Below are positions 19,734-28,343 of a stretch of DNA of 28,343 bases, one piece after another. The translations under genes were made by a program, and so were the position numbers. The stretch is from a bacterium (lineage in GTDB: Bacteria; Babelota; Babeliae; Babelales; JAUWHS01): NCBI GenBank assembly GCA_043818275.1, contig JBDRFY010000005.1, forward strand, positions 1-28,343, read 5' to 3'. Under the pieces are notes generated by a model, which was given only the letters and a program-made list of their open reading frames with translations, was not told the origin of the DNA and ran no database searches. Numbering within the stretch: the stretch's first letter is position 1; each line of letters opens with the position of its first letter.

Positions 19734-19847
19734 GTTTTAAGGTGTTTAGGTTTGGAATTTAAAAAAACTTGAAGTTTAAATGTATTTTATGTTTTCTTAA
19801 ACAATCATATAAGGGATAAATTTAGTTCTAAACCAAAAGGGGAGGCG

Positions 19848-20228
19848 ATGTTTAAATCAATTTTGGTTGCGACTCTTTTTATAAATCTTTTTTGTATCAC
19901 AAATGTTTTTGCAGATGAAGAAGATCTTATCGAAAAAAAAGAAGTTACTTCTACTCGAATAATTAACATAAAAAATGTTTGTGGTTGTTCTGCTGCTATT
20001 GTTGTTATTGCTGCTGGGGTTACCATTACAGCAGCTGTAGTTGTTGGCGGTGTTATCTTGGCTGTCCGTTCTTTTGATATTCCAGATATAGATCTTTCTA
20101 ATTTTCATAATTTTGATTGGTCTGAATTTTGGTCTGAATTGTGGCCTGATAGGGATTGGCATTTTCCAGATTTCGATGATTGGATAAATGATATATTTGG
20201 ATGGTTATTTAAAAGGAAGGGATTATGA
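19848..20228 (+). CDS. Hypothetical membrane/exported protein with a Trp/Asp/Phe-rich tail
   Basis: RBS GGAGG; signal peptide ending VFA; long hydrophobic segment; ATGA overlap with the next gene. Confidence 0.8.
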   Translation: MFKSILVATLFINLFCITNVFADEEDLIEKKEVTSTRIINIKNVCGCSAAIVVIAAGVTITAAVVVGGVILAVRSFDIPDIDLSNFHNFDWSEFWSELWPDRDWHFPDFDDWINDIFGWLFKRKGL

Positions 20229-20890
20229 AAATAAAGATTTTTTTGTTTTATATTATGATCATTTCTTTAGGTTTTTGTTCTTTTTACATGATTTTATCAT
20301 TTTTTCCATTGAGATATTTACCTGGAAAAAATATTTTTTATATAAAAGATACATTTATAAAACCGAGAGTTTTATTTCATGCGTCAAAAAATAAAAATAT
20401 AAAAGTTTTAGAACCAAAACAAATTCATGGAAGATCTAAAGAAGAGGGTAAATTAGTTTTTGCTACTACACATATTGGGTTTGCGTCAATTTTCATGTCC
20501 AGACATGAAGATAGTTGGCAAAAAAGTGGAAGTTTTGATAATGGTCCTTTTTATTTTATTTGTAGCGACAAAGAAAGATTTCTTAAAGAGGATATAGGAG
20601 GAGCTATTTATGTTTTGTCTTCGAAAGATTTTTATGCTGATTTGACTAAAGGTATTCGGATAAATGAATGGGTTTGTCGACATGTTGTAAAACCATTAAC
20701 AAAATTAGAATTTGATTCAACTTTAAATGCTATGATGTCTTTTGGCGTACAGGTTTACTTTGTAGATAAAGAAGCATTTAATGAGATAAAAACGGTAAAA
20801 GATTATGGTCGTAAAATTATAATGAATCTAAAATCTGAAAATGAAAAAAAGGGTATAAATCCGATGCCTCTTTTTGATTACAATAAATGA
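20225..20890 (+). CDS. Hypothetical protein with N-terminal TM/signal; possible Arr-like ADP-ribosyltransferase fold
   Basis: LFHAS...LEP, VFAT....ASIF, AIYVL and NEW motifs occur in the order of ART-fold strands. Confidence 0.6.
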   Translation: MKIKIFLFYIMIISLGFCSFYMILSFFPLRYLPGKNIFYIKDTFIKPRVLFHASKNKNIKVLEPKQIHGRSKEEGKLVFATTHIGFASIFMSRHEDSWQKSGSFDNGPFYFICSDKERFLKEDIGGAIYVLSSKDFYADLTKGIRINEWVCRHVVKPLTKLEFDSTLNAMMSFGVQVYFVDKEAFNEIKTVKDYGRKIIMNLKSENEKKGINPMPLFDYNK

Positions 20891-20927
20891 AAATTTTTTG
20901 AATTTACACAAAAATATTTATAAATCC

Positions 20928-21431
20928 TTAATTTTCAATATCTAGAAATTTTCCAGTTTCAATATCAAGCCATTTAATAAAAGATGAATTTAATTCTATA
21001 AATAAAATTTCTATTTTAATTAGTTGATGTGTTTTTTCTTCTATTTTAAATTCTAGGGTTTCAATTAAAGTTATTTGAGTTTTTAAATTTTCTTTTCTGA
21101 ATGGAGTTAATTCTTTTCCTTTCGGATTGTTTTCTATTATTTCCATCCTTTCTATCAAATTATATTTGTTTTCTTTTTCTACTATTTCAATATTTACAAT
21201 TAAATATTTACTATCTTGGGTCCATAATATTTCTTTTAAGTTATAATCTTTATATTCAAAATTTAATATTTTTATTGGTTTTTCTAATTCTTTAATTTGC
21301 ACCATTAAAAATTTTGTATTATCGTCAAAATATGCTGTTTTTGTTTTATCCGGTGATTCAACTTGAATTATTCCGAACAGATTTGATGTTAAGATTAAGC
21401 AGAAAATAGATAGAAAAATTTTAAGATTCAT
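20928..21431 (-). CDS. Exported hypothetical protein with WD40/PD40-like blade motifs
   Basis: RBS GGAGGAGG; signal peptide; ESPDKTKTAYF and ILWTQDSKYLIV. Confidence 0.7.
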   Translation of the reverse strand: MNLKIFLSIFCLILTSNLFGIIQVESPDKTKTAYFDDNTKFLMVQIKELEKPIKILNFEYKDYNLKEILWTQDSKYLIVNIEIVEKENKYNLIERMEIIENNPKGKELTPFRKENLKTQITLIETLEFKIEEKTHQLIKIEILFIELNSSFIKWLDIETGKFLDIEN

Positions 21432-21444
21432 TCCTCCTCCTTTT

Positions 21445-22653
21445 TTATCTAGGATAAGAATTTCTGGTTTTTAATTTATTTGCAATGTCGCTTATATCTG
21501 AAGCGTTTAATAATTGAACCAGTTTTGTATTAATCGCATTGTACAATTCTCTATTGTTATACTGATTTTGTTCATCAACATACCAATTATTTTTTTGTAA
21601 AATTTGCGTTATATCTTTAGTTACTCCATTTAGTAATGTTGGATCGTTAATAATTGCTTGTTGATAATTGTAAAAATTATCACGCAGATATTGATTGTCT
21701 CTTACGTAATAGGTTATGAGATATTGTTTGATCCATTCATTTATATACTTGTCAAAAAGTTTATTTGTAATCGTTGTGTAAATTGCTCTGTTGCTTGTTC
21801 TTGTCATATTATCCGCAAAGTCAAAATAACCTTGTCTGAAATTTGAAAATCCGGCAACATTTGGCATTGGAAAATAGTAATCAGCATTCATTGATTCAAA
21901 TAAAGAATCGACAATCGTTTGAATATTTGTATCAGTTGGCTTATTAAAAAATTTTGAAATATCATTTGATTGAAAAAAACTCAAGATAAATATTTTATAG
22001 TATCTGGAATTTTTTGATTGTTGTGCTAAGCCGATTTGTGCTCCAAGACCATCAACTTTTGCACCTAAGTGCATAATTGCAGTTAATTTTCCAAGGTCAT
22101 AACAAATTTGTTGTATATTTATTAGCTGTGAACTTACTCTTGGATAATTATTTACTATTTTTTCTACTTCATCATAACCTATAAATTCACCCTTTATTTC
22201 TGATTCAGAAATATCATTTTTATTATATGTTCTGTATCTGAGATACATTTGGGTTAAATAACCGCTTACAGATTCTTTTAATGGGTAAAGTCGCTCCATA
22301 AAAAGAAGGCATGTTTCACTTACAATTTCTAATCTATTTGGTTTTGGAAATGAAGCGCGATTTAAAAATGTTGTATCTGTGTTGTATCGTGTAAGTGAAT
22401 CTTGTAATTTTTTTAAAATTGTAAATTCATTCGTATATTTTCCGCACAATGTTTTGCTCAATGTTCCTTTAACAGCTAATTCATTTGCAGTACTTCCCCA
22501 AACTTCTCTTTCAGGTCCTTTACCTAATAAAATTGGATTTGAATATTGATCTGGATATTTATAAATCAGAGCTGCTTTAATAGCACTTGGAATGATTGAA
22601 TTTAAATTGTTTAAAAAAATTATAGAAATAAAAAGTATTGATATTTTTTTCAT
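21445..22653 (-). CDS. Exported protein-kinase-like protein, probably a pseudokinase
   Basis: RBS AAGGAG; signal peptide; LLGKGPEREVW, LAVK, NEFTIL, LFMERL, AIMHLGAKVDG, IFILSFFQ, YYFPMP. Confidence 0.7.
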   Translation of the reverse strand: MKKISILFISIIFLNNLNSIIPSAIKAALIYKYPDQYSNPILLGKGPEREVWGSTANELAVKGTLSKTLCGKYTNEFTILKKLQDSLTRYNTDTTFLNRASFPKPNRLEIVSETCLLFMERLYPLKESVSGYLTQMYLRYRTYNKNDISESEIKGEFIGYDEVEKIVNNYPRVSSQLINIQQICYDLGKLTAIMHLGAKVDGLGAQIGLAQQSKNSRYYKIFILSFFQSNDISKFFNKPTDTNIQTIVDSLFESMNADYYFPMPNVAGFSNFRQGYFDFADNMTRTSNRAIYTTITNKLFDKYINEWIKQYLITYYVRDNQYLRDNFYNYQQAIINDPTLLNGVTKDITQILQKNNWYVDEQNQYNNRELYNAINTKLVQLLNASDISDIANKLKTRNSYPR

Positions 22654-22721
22654 AATTTCTCCTTACCTTTTTTAATTTTATCTAAATTTAATTTATTTAA
22701 ATTAAGTTTGACAATTAAATG

Positions 22722-22751
22722 AAAAAATCCCAAGTTTTATCCAGGGATTTT
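22722..22751 (-). terminator. Probable terminator after speD-speE
   Basis: On the - strand, AAAATCCC..GGGATTTT hairpin ending in a T6 tract, 16 nt after the stop codon. Confidence 0.6.
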
Positions 22752-22767
22752 GCTTTTTATTTTGATT

Positions 22768-24273
22768 TTACTTAAATATATCTTGCAAATATTTTGGTAA
22801 AATTGCTGATGCGAAATGAATTTCAGGTGAGTAATATTTCAGATTTTGTAGATTTAATAGTTTGAATTTTTCTTTTATTTCTTTTTCGGTTACAGAACTT
22901 AAATCAAATTTGGCGGCCATCATAAAACTAAATTCACCACCTTGATAAGTTGGAACAACGGCTTTATGAATTTTTACAGATTCAAATACGCTTTTAACTC
23001 TTTTGTGGATTGTTGCGATTTCTTTTGATTGATATTCAAAGGATCCACTTTGAATTGAAATGACACCATTTTTAGTTAATGCCTTTTTTACATCTTGATA
23101 AAAGGCTTCTGTTATTAATTCTTCAGCTGGACCATCAGGATCTGATAAATCCATTATTATTACATCAAAATAGTTTAAATGATTTTTAACAACTTTTTTT
23201 CCATCATCAATTATAAGATTTGTTTTTTTATTTTCAAAGGCGCCTTCAGATAAAGTAGGTATGTGCTTTTTACAAAGTTCAACAACTTCAGCATCAATTT
23301 CTACAATATATACTTCTTCTATTTCATGTTTTAAAACTTCTCTTAACGCACCTCCATCACCTCCACCTATAATTAAAACTTTTTTAGGGTTTGGATGATA
23401 AAACATTGGAGTATGTATCATCATTTCATGATAAATAAAATTATCATTTTCTGTTGTTTGAATAATTCCATCAAGAACAAGCATTTTACCAAAGAAATTT
23501 GTATCATAAATTTCGATATTTTGGAATTCAGATTTAGCAGAATATAATTTTTCTTTTGTTTTTATTCCGATTTTAAAATTGGGCTCACTATTTGGAATGT
23601 TTCTTTCAAAGAACCAGGATGAATCGTTATAATAGTCAATTCCTATTGTAAAAGATTCAGGCGTTTCGATTTCTTTTTTATTTGAAGTTAAATCAATTAA
23701 TACTTGAGTTAAATCAACGAGTCCTGTTTCTTTATTGGCTTTAAATGTTTTTTGTTCATTAACAACTGTCGTTAATTTAGTATTTGTTTTTAAGGGCTCT
23801 TTTTTATATCCTCTCTTAACTTCTTGAATTTCAACGATTTCTGGTTCAAGGATATCTTTTAAATATTCAATAGCTTTTTGTGGTTTAGCTTTTGGTCCAC
23901 AAGTAAACGCATCAACAGCAATATAACCATCTTCTTCAAGCCATGTATGAATTGTTATATGAGATTCTTCTAAAATAACAGCACTTGTTATTCCGGGAGG
24001 AAGTATTTCGTTTGGTGCTTCAAATTTATGTGAAATAATTTCAAGGGGACTAGCATCAGCTTTTTTTGCTGCTTCGGTTAAAAGCTTTTCTACATCTAAA
24101 TCTTTTAATTTTTCAGGTTCTACACCCCAAAATTCTGCCAAAATATGAAGTCCTGCATATTGTTCACCGTTTTCATCTGAAACCCAATGAATTGAATGTT
24201 CTATATCTTTAGCATTTAATGAAATAGTAACTATTATAAAAAGACAAAATATGATTTGTTTAAAGCTTCTCAT
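22768..24273 (-). CDS. speD-speE: S-adenosylmethionine decarboxylase-spermidine synthase fusion with a signal-peptide-like N-terminus
   Basis: SpeD: GLHILAEFWG, LEESHITIHTW (E-S autocleavage), DAFTCG. SpeE: LVLDGIIQ, YHEM, LIIGGGDGG, VEID, DLSDP. ATG at 24273 follows GGAG; the ORF track starts at TTG 24285. Confidence 0.95.
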   Translation of the reverse strand: MRSFKQIIFCLFIIVTISLNAKDIEHSIHWVSDENGEQYAGLHILAEFWGVEPEKLKDLDVEKLLTEAAKKADASPLEIISHKFEAPNEILPPGITSAVILEESHITIHTWLEEDGYIAVDAFTCGPKAKPQKAIEYLKDILEPEIVEIQEVKRGYKKEPLKTNTKLTTVVNEQKTFKANKETGLVDLTQVLIDLTSNKKEIETPESFTIGIDYYNDSSWFFERNIPNSEPNFKIGIKTKEKLYSAKSEFQNIEIYDTNFFGKMLVLDGIIQTTENDNFIYHEMMIHTPMFYHPNPKKVLIIGGGDGGALREVLKHEIEEVYIVEIDAEVVELCKKHIPTLSEGAFENKKTNLIIDDGKKVVKNHLNYFDVIIMDLSDPDGPAEELITEAFYQDVKKALTKNGVISIQSGSFEYQSKEIATIHKRVKSVFESVKIHKAVVPTYQGGEFSFMMAAKFDLSSVTEKEIKEKFKLLNLQNLKYYSPEIHFASAILPKYLQDIFK

Positions 24274-24345
24274 TAACCACTCCAAAAGATTATTATGAAA
24301 ATAAAACAGATTTAATTTTGTATTGTACTTATAAGATCAGAGAAA

Positions 24346-25599
24346 TCAAGGGGAATTTATATTTTGAGGGTTTAGTTTAATTTTTATTTCTTCCAAATCC
24401 GTTAAAGTTTTTTGATAACGTTCTGAATTGGAAGTGAATTCCTGATAAAGTTTATCTATTTCTTTAGTTAACATTTTTACATTACATTCACCTTGAATTA
24501 GTTCTTTAAAAACTTCTTTGTCTAAAAATAAATTTGGCAAGCCGACATAAGATTTTTGAAATATTAGTTTTGCCATTAAATAAGTAATTAGTGGAATTTT
24601 AAATGTGATTATAGTTGGAATTTTTAATAAAGCTAAAAATAAGGTTATTGTTCCTGGTTTTGAAATCGCGATACAGCAAGAACTCAATTTTTCAAAAAGT
24701 TTTTCATCATCTTTTATAACTTCTATTTTATTTTTTAAATTATATTTTTTTATTTCCTGTTCTATTTGTTCCTTTGAAATATATTCAGCAATTGGCAAAA
24801 TAAAAGATATTTCAGGATGTTTTTTACTTATAATTTGTGCTACTTCTAAAAAAATAGGCAACATTATTTTTATTTCACTTTTACGTGAACCTGGACAAAG
24901 TGCGATTTTATTTTCTTTTTTAGTATTTGCATCAAGATAAGGTTTAATTTTTTCATATCCAGGCCAACCAAGAAATTCAGTTTCAAGGCCTTGCTTTTTG
25001 TACCAATTAGCTTCAAATGGATAAACAACAATTGTTTTGTCGGAGTAATTTTTGAAAAAATAATCTAAGCCCCATTTCCCCCATATCCACATTTCTGGCG
25101 GAGCAATGTATGTAATTTTAATTTCAGGTTTGCTTTTCTTTAATTTATACATCAAAGGAATGTTTGTGAGTGGACAATCGATTAAAATCACTTCACTAAA
25201 ATTATTTTCTAAAATGTAGTTTGATAATATCTTTAATCCATACCAGCGATCGGGAAGGTTTTTGATGAATTGTATTGGGCCGACAGCGCCTAAAATTAGA
25301 TTTTTATAGTTATCATAAATTTGTGCGCCAGCTTTTTGTAAATTTTGGCCTCCAATAGCTTCGCATTTAATGGGATTTTCTCCATCCCGTTCACCCTGCC
25401 TGCCCGACGAAGCCTTGGCGTAGACTGGAGCTTGTCGAAGGGTTAAGTACCATGCTCCAATTTGTTCGGCAGATGTTTCTCCTGTTACCATGAATATTTT
25501 GTGTGTATTGTGTGTATTTTGTGTTGCAAATATAGGGGTAAAATTAAGATTTATTGTTAGAAAAATAAAAATATTTAGTTTAATTAAGTTTTTTAGCAT
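24346..25599 (-). CDS. lpxB: Lipid-A-disaccharide synthase-like glycosyltransferase
   Basis: IFMVTGETS, AIGG, YIAPPEMWIW, YPFE, LCPGSRKSEI, KPGTITL, YVGLPN, FKELIQ. Divergent, with an N-terminal extension and a repeat-derived insert. Confidence 0.85.
   Translation of the reverse strand: MLKNLIKLNIFIFLTINLNFTPIFATQNTHNTHKIFMVTGETSAEQIGAWYLTLRQAPVYAKASSGRQGERDGENPIKCEAIGGQNLQKAGAQIYDNYKNLILGAVGPIQFIKNLPDRWYGLKILSNYILENNFSEVILIDCPLTNIPLMYKLKKSKPEIKITYIAPPEMWIWGKWGLDYFFKNYSDKTIVVYPFEANWYKKQGLETEFLGWPGYEKIKPYLDANTKKENKIALCPGSRKSEIKIMLPIFLEVAQIISKKHPEISFILPIAEYISKEQIEQEIKKYNLKNKIEVIKDDEKLFEKLSSCCIAISKPGTITLFLALLKIPTIITFKIPLITYLMAKLIFQKSYVGLPNLFLDKEVFKELIQGECNVKMLTKEIDKLYQEFTSNSERYQKTLTDLEEIKIKLNPQNINSP
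25386..25442. repeat. Composite REP-like repeat inserted in-frame in lpxB
   Basis: CCCGTTCACCCTG[CCTG-CCCGAC-GAAGCCTTGGCGTA-GACTGG]AGCTTGTCGAAGGG, with the inner 30 bp at 25399-25428. Translated as TLRQAPVYAKASSGRQGERD. Confidence 0.9.
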
Positions 25600-25660
25600 A
25601 AAATAAGCCTTATTAGTGTTAGTGAAAGCTTTAATTAATTAAAAAGAATAGGAATTAGCC

Positions 25661-26362
25661 GTGTATTTGTCAAAATATTTAGCTGTTTGTGGAGTTTGTT
25701 CCAGAAGACAGGCTACCCAATTAGTAAAAGATGGTAGAGTTTATGTTAATGATAAAATAGAAACGCAACCTAATTATTTTGTCAAACCGGGTGATGAAGT
25801 AATTTATGATGGTGAAATTATAATATCGCAAAAAAAAGTTTATGTTTTGCTTAATAAGCCCAAAAATTATGTAACAACGAGAAGTGATGAAAAAGGTAGA
25901 AAAACAGTTTTGGATTTAATTAATTTAAAAAATGATTTAAAAATTTATCCTGTTGGTAGATTAGATAGAGAAACAACGGGTTTGCTGTTACTAACAAATG
26001 ATGGTGATTTGGCCTATAAACTTTCACATCCAAAATTTAAAATAGAAAAAAGATACAGAGTTTTATTGGATAAAAATTTAACTAAAAAAGATATTGAGCG
26101 ATTGTTGATTGGCTTTAAATTGTATGATGGATTTACAAAATTTGATCATGTTTATTTTGATCAGCAAAAATCAAAAAAAGATGTAATTGTTCAGTTGCAC
26201 AGTGGGAAAAACAGAATTATTAGAAGGATGTTTAAACATCTTGGTTATGACGTAAAAAAATTGGACAGAATTTTTTACGCCGGGTTGCAAAAAAAAGGGT
26301 TGCTTGTTGGTAAATGGCGTTTTTTAAGCAAGCAAGAAGTTGAGGCTTTACAGGGATTGTAA
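25661..26362 (+). CDS. rluB: rRNA pseudouridine synthase, RsuA/RluB family
   Basis: S4 domain (LSKYLA..GVCSRR), LNKPKNY, catalytic YPVGRLDRETTGLLLLTNDG, GKNRIIRRM. The exact paralog is uncertain. Confidence 0.85.
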   Translation: MYLSKYLAVCGVCSRRQATQLVKDGRVYVNDKIETQPNYFVKPGDEVIYDGEIIISQKKVYVLLNKPKNYVTTRSDEKGRKTVLDLINLKNDLKIYPVGRLDRETTGLLLLTNDGDLAYKLSHPKFKIEKRYRVLLDKNLTKKDIERLLIGFKLYDGFTKFDHVYFDQQKSKKDVIVQLHSGKNRIIRRMFKHLGYDVKKLDRIFYAGLQKKGLLVGKWRFLSKQEVEALQGL

Positions 26363-26372
26363 AATAAAAAAA

Positions 26373-27758
26373 TTAAAACTCGGCGTGCCCGGGATAACGA
26401 GGAAACGGAATTACATCTCTAATATTTTCCATGCCTGTTACAAATAAAACAAGTCTTTCAAATCCTAAACCAAAACCGGCATGTGGTACTGTTCCATATT
26501 TTCTTAAATCCAAATACCACCATAAAGTTTTTGGATCGATTCCCATTTTTTTAATTTTTTCTTCTAATATTTCAAGCCGTTCTTCACGTTGTGAGCCACC
26601 AATAATTTCTCCAACGCCTTCAACTAAAATATCCATCGCTGCAACTGTTTTTCCGTCATCATTGTTGCGCATGTAAAAAGCTTTTATTTCTTTTGGATAA
26701 TCAATAACGATTACAGGTTTTTTGAAATGTTCTTCCGCTAAATAGCGTTCATGTTCTGTTTGCAAATCCATTCCCCATTTAACAGGAAATTCAAATTTCT
26801 TTTTTGCGTTTTGTAAAATTTCTATTGCTTTTGTGTATGGCAAGCGTTCAAATTTTGAATCAACAACATGTTCCAGCTTTTTAATTAAGCCTTTACTTAT
26901 AAACTTATCAAAAAGTTGTAAATCATCTTTACAATTTTCAAGCGCATATTTTATACAATATTTTAAATATTCTTCAGCACAATCCATATCATCATTCAAA
27001 TCTGCAAACGCCATTTCGGGTTCAATCATCCAAAATTCGGCCAAATGTCTAGATGTATTTGAATTTTCTGCTCTAAAAGTTGGTCCAAATGTATAAACAT
27101 CAGACATTGCGCACGCATAACATTCTGCCTCAAGTTGTCCCGAAACTGTTAAAAAAGTTGGTTTGTCGAAAAAATCTTTCGAATAGTCAACCTCATTTTT
27201 GTTGATCATTGGTGGCTTTATTAAATCAAGAGTTGTGACTTTAAACATTTCGCCTGCGCCTTCACAATCACTTTCTGTAATTATTGGAGCATTTATGTAT
27301 AAAAATCCTTTTTCTTGAAAAAATTTGTGTGTGGCAAAAGACAGCGCATTTCTTACTCGTGTAACAGCTCCTATTGCGTTTGTTCGTGGACGTAAATTTG
27401 CAATTGTTCTTAAGAATTCAAAGGAGTGTCGTTTTTTTTGTAGAGGATAAGTTTGTGCATCACATTTTCCAAGTAATTCAATTTCAGTTGCTTTTATTTC
27501 AAACGCCTGTTCTTTTCCTGGGCTTTTGACAACTTCGCCAGTAACGCTGACAGAACATCCGGTTGTTAAATCATTAATTATTTCTGTGTAATTTTGGGTA
27601 TTCTCATCAGCAATTATCTGCAGATCTTCCAGTTGTGAACCATCATTTAAATCAAGAAATGAAAAAGTTTTTTGATTTCTGACTGTTTTTAACCAGCCTT
27701 TTACTGTGATTTTTTTACCGATATCTGTTTCTTTAATTTGATTTATTTTAATTCTCAT
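26373..27758 (-). CDS. asnS: Asparagine--tRNA ligase
   Basis: [62 protein letters not shown]. Confidence 0.98.
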   Translation of the reverse strand: MRIKINQIKETDIGKKITVKGWLKTVRNQKTFSFLDLNDGSQLEDLQIIADENTQNYTEIINDLTTGCSVSVTGEVVKSPGKEQAFEIKATEIELLGKCDAQTYPLQKKRHSFEFLRTIANLRPRTNAIGAVTRVRNALSFATHKFFQEKGFLYINAPIITESDCEGAGEMFKVTTLDLIKPPMINKNEVDYSKDFFDKPTFLTVSGQLEAECYACAMSDVYTFGPTFRAENSNTSRHLAEFWMIEPEMAFADLNDDMDCAEEYLKYCIKYALENCKDDLQLFDKFISKGLIKKLEHVVDSKFERLPYTKAIEILQNAKKKFEFPVKWGMDLQTEHERYLAEEHFKKPVIVIDYPKEIKAFYMRNNDDGKTVAAMDILVEGVGEIIGGSQREERLEILEEKIKKMGIDPKTLWWYLDLRKYGTVPHAGFGLGFERLVLFVTGMENIRDVIPFPRYPGHAEF

Positions 27759-27830
27759 ATTTTTTAACTCCTTACAAACATTTTATTTTGTCATTTAGTA
27801 TGACAAAATTGTTTGAAAATGCGAATTCTG

Positions 27831-27869
27831 AAAGAAGAGGGGCTTATATAAAACAAGCCCCTCTTCTTT
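27831..27869 (-). terminator. Strong hairpin after the asnA stop (probable terminator)
   Basis: Perfect 15-bp stem AAAGAAGAGGGGCTT/AAGCCCCTCTTCTTT with a 9-nt loop. Confidence 0.75.
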
Positions 27870-27872
27870 TGC

Positions 27873-28343
27873 TTATAAAATAGGTAGAGATATTTTTGTT
27901 GGCCATGCGCTTGACTGAACTTCTCCAATATGCGCTTTTTTCAAAAAGAACATACATAACCTTGATTGACCGATTCCGCCACCGATGGAAAGAGGCATTG
28001 TGTCATCGAGTATTTTGCTATGGAATTCCTGGGTTAAGATATGTTCCTGACTCATCAGTTTTGCTTGTTTTATTAATGCTTGCTTATCTACACGAATTCC
28101 CATTGAAGAAATTTCTAAAACATCTTTTCTTACATCATCCCAAACAAGAATATCTCCGTTTAATCCAAATGTTTTTTCGCCTGTTTGAGTTGACCAGTCA
28201 TCATAATCTGATGCGCGCAAATCGTGTGGTTTTCCAGATGATAAAGGATGACCAATTCCAATTACAAAAACAGAGCCATATTTTTTTGTGATTAATTTTT
28301 CTCGTTCTTTTGAGCTTTTTTCTGGAAACATATCCAATAAATC
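27873..28343 (-). CDS. asnA: Aspartate--ammonia ligase, C-terminal part (truncated by window edge)
   Basis: HDLRASDYDDW, LNGDILVW, EISSMGIRV, SIGGGIGQSRLCM, HIGEVQ. The frame stays open to base 28343. Confidence 0.95.
   Translation of the reverse strand, partial: DLLDMFPEKSSKEREKLITKKYGSVFVIGIGHPLSSGKPHDLRASDYDDWSTQTGEKTFGLNGDILVWDDVRKDVLEISSMGIRVDKQALIKQAKLMSQEHILTQEFHSKILDDTMPLSIGGGIGQSRLCMFFLKKAHIGEVQSSAWPTKISLPIL

Noticed and set aside
19710..22741. Shared 11-mer CAAGTTTTATC in two terminator hairpins
   Set aside because: Short and AT-rich, the stems are unrelated and they act on opposite strands; likely chance.
27786..27808. Hairpin TTTTGTCAT-TTAGT-ATGACAAAA upstream of asnS as a T-box or riboswitch
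   Set aside because: The intergenic region is too short and has no T-box motif; at most an operator-like palindrome.
27896..28291. 131-aa + strand ORF
   Set aside because: Antisense to asnA.

Overview
AT-rich bacterial chromosomal segment. The 16S sequence and the run of signal-peptide-bearing orphan genes suggest Ca. Dependentiae (TM6/Babeliae, protist-associated); this is an inference, not a database result. In order: the 3' end and terminal IR of an IS982-family element; two sugar-nucleotide enzymes; a TonB/TolA-like gene frameshifted at an A10 run; a gene-less IS200/IS605-type miniature element; a 1710-aa protein (signal peptide, bipartite NLS-like motif, PEP-synthase/PPDK-type ATP-binding and phospho-His domains, about 10 C-terminal helical repeats); tilS; prfB; tRNA-Ile and tRNA-Ala placed upstream of 16S; a 16S-23S-5S operon with a group I intron at L1951 encoding a LAGLIDADG endonuclease; eight consecutive genes with export-like N-termini (LigD phosphoesterase, ART-like, kinase-like, SpeD-SpeE fusion, LpxB-like, orphans); an RsuA/RluB pseudouridine synthase; asnS; and partial asnA. 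The most striking unexplained signal is a 26-30-bp hairpin element, present 9 times, with covarying 6-bp arms around a 14-nt core. Its three cleanest copies are exact 30-bp insertions next to AGCT with no target duplication. It nests inside itself and inside other repeats, and it is translated in-frame within TilS and LpxB.
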